Assembly: GCF_963921235.1 (NCBI RefSeq)
Contig: NC_086097.1
Coordinates: 183,274,001 to 183,338,000 of the forward strand
DNA from: Mobula hypostoma
Taxonomy: Eukaryota
Direction: 5' to 3'
DNA: 64,000 nucleotides
The notes beneath the pieces were generated by a model that was not told the origin of the DNA, made no database searches, and saw only the letters and a program-made list of their open reading frames with translations. Each line of letters begins with the position of its first letter. Position 1 is the first letter of the stretch. The position numbers and the translations under genes are program-made. Positions 24,001 to 34,991 of this stretch are shown here, in pieces.

Positions 24001-27000
24001 AAACTCGCCTCGTCACTAGCCTCCTGCCAAGCCTCGCATCAAGTCTCCAGCCTCCTGCCTCCTGCCAAGACTCATTTCAAGGCTCCAGCCTCCTGCCTCC
24101 TGCCAAGCCTCGCCTCGTCTCTAGCCTCCTACCTCCTGCCAAGCCTCGCCTCAAATCTCTAGCCTCCAGCCTCCTGCCAAGCCTCGCCTCAAGTCTCCAG
24201 CCTCCTGCTTCCTGCCAAGCCTCGCCATGAAGTCTCTGCCTCCTGCCTCCTGCCAAGACTCGTCTCAAGTCTCTGCCTCCTGCCAAGCCTCGCATCAAGT
24301 CTCCAGCCTCCTGCCTCCTGCCAAAACTCATCTCGTCTCCAGCCTCCTTCCTCCTGCCAAGCCTCGCCTCATCTCCAGCCTCCTGCCTCCTGCCAAGCCT
24401 CGCCTCAAGTCTCCAGCCTCCTGCCTCCTGCCAAGCCTCGCCTCAAGTCTCCAGCCTCCTGCCCCCTGCCAAGCCTCGCCTCAAATCTCTAGCCTCCAGC
24501 CTCCTACCAAGCCTCGCCTCAAGTCTCCAGCCTCCTGCTTCCTGCCAAGCCTCGCCTGAAGTCTCTGCCTCCTGCCTCCTGCCAAGACTCGTCTCAAGTT
24601 TCTGCCTCCTGCCAAGCCTCGCCTCAAGTCTTTAGCCTCCTACCTCCTGCCAAGACTCGCCTGAAGCCTCTAGCCTCCTGCCTCCTGCCAAGCCTCGCCT
24701 CAAGTCTCCAGCCTCCTGCCCCCTGCCAAGCCTCGCCTCAAGTCTCCAGCCTCCTGCCTCCTGCCAAGCCTCGCCTCAAGTCTCTGCCTCCTGCCTCCTG
24801 CCAAAACTCGCCTCAAGTCTCTAGCCTCCATTCTCCTGCCAAACTCGCCTCAAGCTCTAGCCTCCTGCCTCCTGCCAAGCCTCACCTCAAGTCTCCAGCC
24901 TCCTGCCTCCTGCCAACACTCATCTCAAGCCTCTAGCCTCCTGCCTCCTGCCAAGCCTCACCTCGTCTACAGCCTCCTGCCAAGCCTCGCCTCATCTCTA
25001 GCCTCCTGCCTCCTGCCAAGCCTCACCTCGTCTCCAGCATCCTGCCAAGCCTCGCCTCAAGTCTCCAGCCTCCTGCCAAGCCTCACCTCAAGTCTCCAGC
25101 CTCCTTCCTCCTGCCAAGACTCGCCTCAAGTCTCCATCCTCCTGCCAAGCCTCACCTCAAGTCTCCAGCCTCCTGCTTCCTGCCAAGCCTCGCCTCAAGT
25201 CTCCATCCTCCTGCCAAGCCTCACCTCAAGTCTCCAGCCTCCTGCCTCCTGCCAAGCCTCACCTCGTCTCCAGCCTCCTGCCAAGCCTCGCCTCATCTCT
25301 AGCCTCCTGCCAAGCCTCGCCTCGTCTCCAGCATCCTGCCAAGACTCGCCTCAAGTCTCCAGCCTCCTGCCAAGCCTCACCTCAAGTCTCCAGCCTCCTG
25401 CCTCTCCTCAAGTCTCTGCCTCCTGCCTCCTGCCATGACTCACCTCGTCTCCAGCCTTCTGCCAAGCCTCACCTCGTCTCCAGCCTCCTGCCTCCTGCCA
25501 AGCATCGACTCGTCTTCAGCCTCCTGCCTCCTGCCAAGCCTCACCTCAAGTTTCCAGCCTCCTGCCTCCTGCCAAGCCTCGCCTCGTCTCCAGCCTCCTG
25601 CCTCCTGCCAAGCCTCGCCTCAAGTCTCCAGCCTCCTGCCTCCTGCCAAGCCTCACCTCAAGTCTCTGCCTCCTGCCTCTTGCCAAAACTCGCCTCGTCA
25701 CTAGCCTCCTGCCAAGCCTCGCATCAAGTCTCCAGCCTCCTGCCTCCTGCCAAGACTCATCTCAAGGCTCCAGCCTCCTGCCTCCTGCCAAGCCTCGCCT
25801 CGTCTCTAGCCTCCTACCTCCTGCCAAGCCTCGCCTCAAATCTCTAGCCTCCAGCCTCCTGCCAAGCCTCGCCTCAAGTCTCCAGCCTCCTGCTTCCTGC
25901 CAAGCCTCGCCATGAAGTCTCTGCCTCCTGCCTCCTGCCAAGACTCGTCTCAAGTCTCTGCCTCCTGCCAAGCCTCGCATCAAGTCTCCAGCCTCCTGCC
26001 TCCTGCCAAAACTCATCTCGTCTCCAGCCTCCTTCCTCCTGCCAAGCCTCGCCTCATCTCCAGCCTCCTGCGTTCTGCCAAGCCTCGCCTCAAGTCTCCA
26101 GCCTCCTGCCTCCTGCCAAGCCTCGCCTCAAGTCTCCAGCCTCCTGCCCCCTGCCAAGCCTCGCCTCAAGTCTCCAGCCTCCTGCCTCCTGCCAAGCCTC
26201 GCCTCAAGTCTCTGCCTCCTGCCTCCTGCCAAACTCGCCTCAAGCTCTAGCCTCCTGCCTCCTGCCAAGCCTCACCTCAAGTCTCCAGCCTCCTGCCTCC
26301 TGCCAAGACTCATCTCAAGCCTCTAGCCTCCTGCCTCCTGCCAAGCCTCGCCTCGTCTCCAGCCTCCTGCCAAGCCTCGCCTCAAGTCTCCAGCCTCCTG
26401 CCTCCTGCCAAGCCTTGCCTCAAGTCTGCAGCCTCCTGCCTCCTGCCAAGACTCGCCTCGTCTCCAGCCTTCTGTCAAGCCTCGCCTCGACTCCAGCCTC
26501 CTGCCTCCTGCCAAGTCTCGACTCACGTCTTCATCCTCCTGCCTCCTGCCAAGCCTCGCCTCAAGTCTCCAGCCTCCTGCCTCCTGCCAAGCCTCGCCTC
26601 AAGTCTCCAGCCTCCTGCCTCCTGCCAAGCCTCGCCTCAAGTCTCTGCCTCCTGCCTCCTGCCAAAACTCGCCTCAAGTCTTTAGCCTCCATTCTCCTGC
26701 CAAACTCACATCAAGCTCTAGCCTCCTGCCAAGCCTCACCTCAAGTCTCCAGCCTCCTGCCTCCTGCCAAGACTCATCTCAAGCCTCTAGCCTCCTGCCT
26801 CCTGCCAAGCCTCGCCTCGTCTCCAGCCTCCTGCCAAGCCTCGCCTCAAGTCTCCAGCCTCCTGCCTCCTGCGAAGCCTCAAACCTGAAGACTCCAGCCT
26901 CCTGCCTAGCCTCAAGCCTGAAGACTCTAGCCTCCTGCCTAGCCTCAAGTCTGAAGAGTCCTGCCTCCTGCCAAGCCTCGCCTCAAGTCTCCAGCCTCCT

Positions 27001-29210
27001 GCGTCCTGCCAAGCCTCGCCTCAAGTCTCTAGCCTCCTACCTCCTGCCAAGCCTCGCCTCAAGTCTCCAGCCTCCTACCTCCTGCCAAGCCTCGCCTCAA
27101 GTCTCCAGCCCCCTGCCTCCTGCCAAGCCTCACCTCATCTCCAGCCTCCTGCCTCCTGCCAAGCCTCGCCTCAAGTCTCTAGCCTCCTGCCTCCTGCCAA
27201 GCCTCGCCTCAAGTCTCTAGCCTCCTACCTCCTGCCAAGACTCGCCTGAAGCCTCTAGCCTCCTGCCTCCTGCAAAGCCTCCTCTCGTCTCTAGCATACT
27301 GCCAAGCGTCGCATCAAGTCTCCAGCCTCCTTCCTCCAGCCAAGCCTCACCTCAAGTCTCTAGCCTCCTACCAAGCCTTGCCTCAAGTCTCCTGCCTCCT
27401 GCCAAGTCACGCCTCACATCTCCAGCCTCCTGCCAAGCCTCACCTCAAGTCTCCAGCCTCCTGTCTCCTGCCAAGCCTCGCCTCAAGTCTGCAGCCTCAT
27501 GCTTCCTGCAAAGCCTCGCGTCAAGTCTCTGCCTCCTGCCTCCTGCCACCTCGCCTCAAGTCTGCAGCCACCTGCTAAGCCTTGCCTCAAGTCTCTAGCC
27601 TCCTGCCAAGCCTCGCATCGTCTCCAGCTTCCTGCCTCCTGCCAAGCTTCGCCTTGTCTCCAGCCTCCTGCCTCCTGCCAAGCCTCAGCTCGTCTCCAGC
27701 CTCCTGCCAAGCCTCGCCTCATCTCTAGCCTCCTGCCAAGCCTCGCCTCGTCTCCAGCATCCTGCCAAGACTCGCCTCAAGTCTCCAGCCTCCTGCCAAG
27801 CCTCACCTCAAGTCTCCAGCCTCCTGCCTCTCCTCAAGTCTCTGCCTCCTGCCTCCTGCCATGACTCACCTCGTCTCCAGCCTTCTGCCAAGCCTCACCT
27901 CATCTCCAGCCTCCTGCCTCCTGCCAATCCTCGACTCAAGTCTTCAGCCTCCTGCCTCCTGCCAAGCCACGCCTCAAGTTTCCAGCCTCCTGCCTCCTGC
28001 CAAGCCTCGCCTCAAGTCTCCAGCCTCCTGCCTCCTGCCAAGCCTCACCTCAAGTCTCTGCCTCCTGCCTCTTGCAAAACTCGCCTCAAGTCTCTAGCCT
28101 CCTGCCAAGCCTCGCATCAAGTCTCCAGCCTCCTGCCTCCTGCCAAGACTCATCTCAAGGCTCCAGCCTCCTGCCTCCTGCCAAGCCTCGCCTCGTCTCT
28201 AGCCTCCTACCTCCTGCCAAGCCTTGCCTCAAATCTCTAGCTCCAGCCTCCTGCCAAGCCTCGCCTCAAGTCTCCAGCCTCCTGCTTCCTTCCAAGCCTC
28301 GCCTGAAGTCTCTGCCTCCTTCCTCCTGCCAAGACTCGTCTCAAGTCTCTTGCCTCCTGCCAAGCCTCGCATCAAGTCTCCAGCCTCCTGCCTCTTGCCA
28401 AAACTCATCTCGTCTCCAGCCTCCTTCCTCCTGCCAAGCCTCGCCTCGTCTCCAGCCTCCTGCGTTCTGCCAAGCCTCGCCTCAAGTCTCTAGCCTCCTG
28501 CCTCCTGCCAAGCCTCGCCTCAAGTCTCCAGCCACCTGCCAAGCCTCGTCTCAAGTCTCTGGCCTCCTGCCAAGCCTCGCCTCAATTCTCTGGCCTCCTG
28601 CCTCCTGCCAAGCCTTGCCTCAATTCTCTGGCCTCCTGCCAAGCCTCGCCTCAAGTCTCTAGCCTCCTGCCTCCTGCCAAGCCTCGCCTTAAGTCTCTAG
28701 CCTCCTGCCTCCTGCCAAGCCTTGCCTCAAGTCTCTAGCCTCCAGCCAAGCCTGGCCTCAAGTCACTAGCCTCCTGCCTCCTTCCAAGCCTCACCTCAAG
28801 TCTCTAGCCTCCTGCCTCCTGCCAAGCCTCGCCTCAAGTCTCTAGCCTCCTGCCTAGCCTCGCCTCAAGTCTCTAGCCTCCTGCCAAGCCTCGCATCAAG
28901 TCTCGTTTCTAGCTTATAGCCTGAAGACTCCAGCCTCCTGCCAAGCCTCATCTCTAGCCTCTAGCCTCAAGCCTGAAGACCCCATCCTTCTGCCTCCTGC
29001 CAAGCCTCGCATCGTCTCGTTTCTAGCTTCTAGCCTGAAGACCCCAGCCTCCTGCCAAGCCTCATCTCTAGCCTCTAGCCTCAAGCCTGAAGACCCCATC
29101 CTTCTGCCTCCTGCCAAGCCTCGCCTCTAGCCTCAAGCCTGAAGACTCCAGCCTCCTGCCTCCTGCCAAGCCTCGCCTCCAGCCTCAAGCCTGAAGACTC
29201 CAGCCTCATC
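1..29210. repeat. Large C-rich satellite; 38-bp consensus GCCTCCT-GCCTCCT-GCCAA-GCCTC-GCCTCAA-GTCTC(T/C)A with 36/31/29-bp variants; continues past the window start
   Basis: Continuous tandem monomers; five perfect 38-mers at 1468-1657; identical ORF translations recur at fixed offsets. Confidence 0.98.
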
Positions 29211-29441
29211 CTTGCCTAGTTCTGTGGTCCGAGCCAGAGGCAAGACCCAGGTACTGGGTCCTTGTCCAGTCTCTGGCTCGGAGTCCAAGCCCAGGCTCCT
29301 AGCTCTCTGGTCCAGTCCTGTTCCGGGTTCCCTGTTTTCATGTCCATGTCCTTGCCCTCAGCCTGTATCCTAGTCCTGTCCCTAGTCCTTCAGTGTCTGT
29401 GTCTTGTACTTGGGTCCGTTCCCAGCCACCTCTCTATGACA
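29211..29441 (+). mobile_element. LTR-like 3' terminus (Gypsy-type) contiguous with the satellite
   Basis: Unique sequence grading out of the array and ending ...TACTTGGGTCC...TATGACA (CA terminus), followed abruptly by a different repeat. Confidence 0.55.
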
Positions 29442-29562
29442 AAGTGATGTTTTTAGTATCCAGTAACAACTTGCGATTGTTAAAAAAGATGTACAAGATG
29501 AACAAATACACCCTTGATTAGATCCGGAGCAATCACTGCATCCAAGCGTTCTGCCATCTTAC
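29442..29562 (-). mobile_element. End fragment of an interspersed repeat, homologous to 61700-61810
   Basis: Shared blocks ttgcgattgttaaaaaag / ttgtgattgtaaaaataag and cactgcatcc...gccatctta / cactgcatct...accatctta. Confidence 0.55.
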
Positions 29563-29599
29563 TGCAAGAATTTACCTATCACTGAAGTTAGGCTCACTT

Positions 29600-30800
29600 G
29601 CCTGTAGATTTTTGGCTTATTTTTGCTCCATTTTTTAAACAATGGCACCACATTAGTCAAGTCCTGCAGCTAAAAATGATGTAACAATTTCGCAATGTCT
29701 TCCTGGAAGGTCCAAGAATGCAACAGGTGAGGCCTTGGGGATTTATTCACCTTAATGCAGATTCATATGTGGTTCAAGACATCATTACTCATTTCCCTTA
29801 TTCCCTTAGCCTACATCCTTTAGTCCACAGTAAAAATTGAAGAGAAATATTCATTAAAAATCTCACCGCTTTTTTTTGCTTCCACATACAAATGGCAATG
29901 CTGATTCTTAAGGAAACCTATCCTCTTCTGGTCACATTTTTACTATTAATATGGATTTTGTGTTTCTTTGTCTGCTAGATCCTTCTCATATCCTCTTTTT
30001 GCCCTTCTAACTTCTCTTTTAAGTGTACTCACACTTCTTATAGTTACCACTGAGATTCACTAGTTCCCAATTGTTTATGCAGTGTTTGCCTTCTTGATTT
30101 CTTAAGCAGAGCCTCAATATGGTTTACCAACTTGGGTTCTCTAAATCTGCAAGCTTTGTCTTTCAACCCAGCAGGAATATTTAGGCCCTGACTTCTTGAC
30201 ATCACACTTTTAAAGGCATCCAACTTGGCAGACACTCTTTCCCTGAGAGCCATCTTGCCCAGTCAATCACTGTAAGATCCAACCTAATAGCTCCAAAATT
30301 TGTGTTTGCTAAATTCAAACACCTTAACCCATGAATCAGCCACTCTGTAACTGTTTTAAAATTAATCGAATTATGGTCACTGGGCCAAAGAGCTTGCAAA
30401 CAGGCACTTCTGCTACTTGTCTTACCTCATTTCCCTTGAGGAGGTCCAGTGTTGCACTTCTCTAGCAGGTGTCTCTATTTATTGATCAAGGAAGCTTTTT
30501 TGATATATATTTTATCAATTCTAACCCGCCCAAACCTTTCACACAATGGTTGCCCAGTCAACATTAAGAAAATTAAATTTGCCAACTAATACTACTCTAT
30601 TACGTTTACAACCTCTCTATATTTCTGCTCCTTCAGTACACATTGACTTTCACAAAACTTATAATACAATCTCATCAGAGTTACCATTCCATTTCTAATT
30701 CTAAGTTCTACCCATATGGCGTCACTGGATGCTCCTTCAAGAATATCCTCTCCAAGCACCAAAGTCATGCCCTCTGCAATTCTCTCACACCTATAACATC
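29600..30800 (-). mobile_element. Degraded CR1 LINE ORF2 fragment (endonuclease end and linker)
   Basis: Minus-strand SDHNSINF...NFGAIRLDLTVIDW and IKVNKSP motifs. Confidence 0.75.
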
Positions 30801-30802
30801 AA

Positions 30803-31415
30803 AATTAGAATCAGGTTTATTATTACCGGCATGTGACGTGAAATTTGTTAACTTAGCAGCAGCAGTTCAATGCATACATAATCTGGCAGAGAGAGAGAGA
30901 AAAAAAAACATAATAATAAACAAGTAAATCAATTGTGTATATTGAATAGATTTTTTAAAATGTGCAAAAAGCAGAAATGCTGTATATTAAAAAAAAAGTG
31001 AGGTAGTGTCCAAAGTTTCAATGTCAATTTAGGAATCGAATGGCAGAGGGAAAGAAGCTATTCCTGAATTGCTGGGTGTGTGCCTTCAGGTTTCTGTATC
31101 TCCTACCTGATGGTAACAGTGAGAAAATGGCATGCCCTGGGTGCTGCCTTTCTGAGACACCGCTCCCTAAAGATGTCCTGGGTACTTTGTAGGCTAGTGC
31201 CCATGATGGAGCTGACTAGATTTGCAACCTTCTTCAGCACTTTTGGTCCTGTGCAGTAGCCCCTCCATACCAGACAGTGATACAGCCTGTCAGAATGCTC
31301 ACCATGGTACAACTGTAGAAATTTTTGAGTGTACATGCCAAATCTCTTCAAACTCATAGCCACTATCTTGCCTTCTTTATGACTACATCGATATGTTGGG
31401 AGCAGGTTAGATCCT
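30803..31415 (-). mobile_element. Rex1/Babar-type LINE 3' fragment
   Basis: SLKRFGM...CLRKA-like C-terminal translation; homologous to 49510-50054. Confidence 0.7.
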
Positions 31416-31689
31416 GAAACACTAAGTTGCCAGTGCTGCCCTTCCCTCAGCCAATTTCTGTTTTGGCTATAACATCCCAGACCCCAGAGCTAATCTACAC
31501 TCTGAGTTCATCCAGCTGACGTGTCAAGCTTCTTGAAATAAATGCATTTAAAACAATGGTATTTCTTCCCCTTTTACTGTGCTCTTCTCAAGCGTCACAA
31601 TGAAATTTACTCTCATTGACTGGACTGCAGTGTTAACCCCTGTGTTAACTCTCTCATCAGCCGCTCTGCTGCTCAGGACCCTACCCCGG

Positions 31690-32130
31690 GCCATACAATT
31701 TTGTTGAACTCCAAGTAGTAGTCGATGAACAGAAGCTTGATATGTGCACTCCTGTTGTCAGCAGAATGAAGAGCCAGAGAATTTGCATCTGCTGTTGACC
31801 TATTGTGGTAGTAGGCAAATTGAAGCTGGATCATCTCTGAACCAGGAGTTAAATTGCACCAGCCTGTCAAAGCACTTCTTAAAGTTGGCCTTAAGTATTG
31901 CAGTTGATATAAGTAAATGATTGTAGTCATTTAAGCAAGTTCTTGTTGGGCACTGGTACAAAGTATGTCATTTTGAAGCAGGTGGGAACCTCAGCCCGCA
32001 GATGCAAGCTAGTGAATATATTTGTCAATACTCTAGCCAGTTGGTCCACACAGATCATTAGTACGCAGTCATCTGAACCGGGTGTTTTTCATGAGTTTAC
32101 TCTCGTGAAGGATGCAGAGACATCAGCCTC
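31690..32130 (-). mobile_element. Rex1/Babar-type reverse transcriptase fragment
   Basis: LQFAYYHNRSTADA...LLFIDY..FNKIV (RT domain). Confidence 0.75.
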
Positions 32131-32134
32131 AGAC

Positions 32135-32930
32135 GATGGGTGGCTAAGGCGGGTGTAGAGAAATTGGACAGATCAGAAGGAGCAAGAAAAGGGACATAGA
32201 GCGCGCCGTTTACATGAAATTGGAGAATTCAATGTTCATGTCATCACGTTGTAAATGACTCAGGCAGAATACAAGATGCTCGTCCTCTAGTTTGTGCTTA
32301 AATTCATCTGGTAGTGGAGAAGACCAAGGATAGACAGGTTGGTGTGGGAATGGAGATGGGAATTAAACGGCTAGCAACTAGGAGCTTCAGAAGACCTCGG
32401 CACACAGAACAAAGATGTTTGACATAGCAGTCATCCCCAGTCTGCACTATGTTTAACCAACATTTTTGTTTGTGTGAATGTATTTTACTGCTACCTTATA
32501 TGTGTCTTGTGCTGTGTGTGACTGTTGGTACTGTGTTTTGCACCTTGCACCTTGGCCCTGAGTAACACTGTTTCATTTGGCTGTATTCACGGGTAGTATG
32601 TATGGTTGAATGTCAATTAAACTTGAACTTGAACTTAAAGGCCATGTTAGGAGCACTGAATGCAATATACGAAGTTTGAGAAGATGCACGTGAATCTGTC
32701 TCACCTGCAAGGGCTGTTTGGGGCCTTCAACGGTGGTGAGGGAGGAGATGTGGAGACAGTAGTTATGGCTCCTTATGTTGCAGGGTAAAGTGCCGAAGGG
32801 TATGGGATGCTCGGTTGGTGGGGAGGAATGAGCAAACTGGGGAATCATGGACTGTGTGATCCCTATGGAATGCAGAGAGGTTTGGCAGGTGGCAGCATTT
32901 TTCTGTACGTTACACATGGCAAATGAAGGT
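32135..32930 (-). mobile_element. Penelope-like GIY-YIG fragment, interrupted at about 32445-32640 by a plus-strand LINE tail ending (AACTTG)n
   Basis: Minus-strand GPKQPLQVRQ and KLEDEHLVFCL...MNIEFSNF. Confidence 0.65.
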
Positions 32931-33120
32931 GCAAAACCTTGGTCAGAGCCCCAGCAATTTTATCCCCTGCTCCCTGTAGCACGCACTGTCATATAATAAT
33001 TATTCCCTGACTGGGCTCCTGGACAACAATACATCATAGTAAAATCTTCATCTTTGTTCACTAATTACTCACAGCAGGTTAGCAGTGTAAATTCCTCTGA
33101 TCCTTTTGTTCTTTGTTATT

Positions 33121-33800
33121 CGATCTGTACAAATGTAACCGGGTGACCGTCGGATCTTATTCAGTATTGTTAAAAGTGTACTTAGGCATCCATCCGGGTA
33201 ATGCTAGAATAGTTGTCTGTGCCTTTAAGGGAGATGGTGATGTCATTACGCATGTGCAGTATAGTGGGGAGACCACTTTGTTTCTGCTGAAGACGCTGGT
33301 GGGGCGTTGGAATTGAGTTCCTCCCAGAGATACTGGGCATGGTGAGGAAAGGTGAGCATTAATTGACGATATCCATGTGAATTCGTTTATGCTTGTTGGC
33401 AAATCGAGAATATCGGTAGTTTGACATGTTTTGCATGTGGATGCTATAGATTTTCTCAAATAAATGACTCAACGCTGGATCGCGTGGCTTAGGCAAAGTT
33501 CCTCACGATCCAAGTAGAATTGCCACTACCGTATTAGTACCGTATTAGTTCTGGTATTTTTTATACTGCTTTCGCAATTCTGTCCATACACAAGCGTGTG
33601 GATCGAAAGTTAAATTGAGATTGTAATGGCAAGAACTGGTTGTAAATTCGTTTGTTTTGTTTCGCGACCCTCTTCTGTAACTTAAACATTTAAAACAGAT
33701 ATAAGGAATTAAAACCCGAAAGAAGTATTTGTTGCCCTGCGTGTGTACTTTTCCCCAGGCTACACATATATAGTGCATTTAATTTCAACTCATCGGTTTT
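33121..33800. promoter_or_regulatory. CpG-rich candidate intronic promoter with X-box (33135-33147) and NRF1-like motif (33247-33259)
   Basis: 27 CpG in about 680 bp by hand count, versus 3 in the next 1.2 kb; GTAACCGGGTGAC; TACGCATGTGCAG; splice donor AAG|GTGAGC at 33351. Confidence 0.55.
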
Positions 33801-33892
33801 ACATTAGAAAGGAGAATTTGTTGAAAGGATTTGAATTTTGCATGCTTAACAGTCCTAGATCAATGTTATCTATATTCTTTAAAAATACATAC

Positions 33893-33979
33893 CTTCAGTG
33901 AAAATGCACTGGCCACAGAATAAATAAAATGGGTCTCTTGGCTTGGTGTTGGTAGAAAAACAAAAAGAACCTTTTGACC
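33893..33979 (-). CDS. TMEM67: Meckelin exon (about exon 18), GQKVLFVFLPTPSQETHFIYSVASAFSLK
   Basis: 87 nt, tttag|...|gtatgt, phase 0-0; matches recalled human AQKSVSVLLP...AFALK. Confidence 0.92.
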
Positions 33980-34099
33980 CTAAAGAAACAGATGATCTCT
34001 AAGCCAATGCTAAGGTCATGTTAAAGCATCTGTACAGTAAATAACATTTTAAATGAATTTATAAGGAGCTTCACAGAAGATTGATGTACAGAAATGTCA

Positions 34100-34975
34100 C
34101 TATAGGAATTTCTCGGGACACTCTCCTGGGCTCAAACATCTTCAGCTGCTTCATCTGTCTTTCTTTCTACCAAAAGCTTAAAAGTGGGATATTTGCTGGT
34201 GAATGCATGATATTCAAGTCCATTCACAATTTCTCAGCAAACACAGCTGCTTATGACTGCAGCTAGTGTGAACTAAACAGGATTCAGGCATAGGCTGATG
34301 AGTGGGAAGTAGAATCACTACCACAGAAGTGTAAGACAATGGCCATCTTTACCTATTGTTTTCATCACCATCAGTGTCCTGGGGGGTCACTACTGATCAG
34401 AAATTCAACTGGAGCATTCTGTGATAATGTGACCTCAAGAGAGCAGGTACCTCTGTAATGGGTGTCTCAATTTCTGACAATCTACTGCCTTTCCATCATC
34501 TACAAAGCACTAACTGGGAACACGATAGAATATTTTTCATTTGCCTAGATGAAAGCAGCACCAACAAATCTCAGAAACCATCAAAAATAAAGCAGCCTGT
34601 TGTAATCAATATTCTATAAAATACCCCTCAATATACTGTACAGTCTCTCTGCCACTGCCACACAGTGGCTGCAGTGTGTAATATCTACAGGCCCTCTACT
34701 AAACCCTCAACCTCTATCACCGAGAAAGACAAGGACAACAGGCAGATGAAAGTAGCACATCCTACAGTTCACTTCAATGTTTTGCACCATTCTGACTTGG
34801 AAATATATTGCTGGGCCTTCACTGTCATGGTGTCCAAATCCTGGAACTCCCTCCCCAACAGCAATGTGGAGTACCTTCACCAGAAGGACTATAGCAGTGC
34901 AAGGTGGTGGCTCATCACCTTCTCAAGGGCTATTAGGAATGGACAATAAATGTTGGTAATGCCTAGATCCCAAAA
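34100..34975 (+). mobile_element. Old CR1/L2-group LINE 3' fragment
   Basis: Degenerate RT-like remnants (IFSCFI, SKSWNSLPN) and a 3' tail with AATAAA. Confidence 0.5.
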
Positions 34976-34991
34976 GCAAATTCTCAAAATT

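Noticed and set aside
39..29117. Dozens of Pro/Ser/Leu-rich and Arg/Gly-rich ORFs (up to 343 aa)
   Set aside because: They are translations of the satellite in all frames; non-triplet monomers shift frame constantly and many starts are TTG
1..29210. CRISPR-like array (29-38 bp repeats)
   Set aside because: No unique spacers, no cas genes, vertebrate context
1..29210. Telomeric, centromeric or immunoglobulin switch repeat
   Set aside because: No TTAGGG and almost no AGCT; centromere identity cannot be judged from sequence alone
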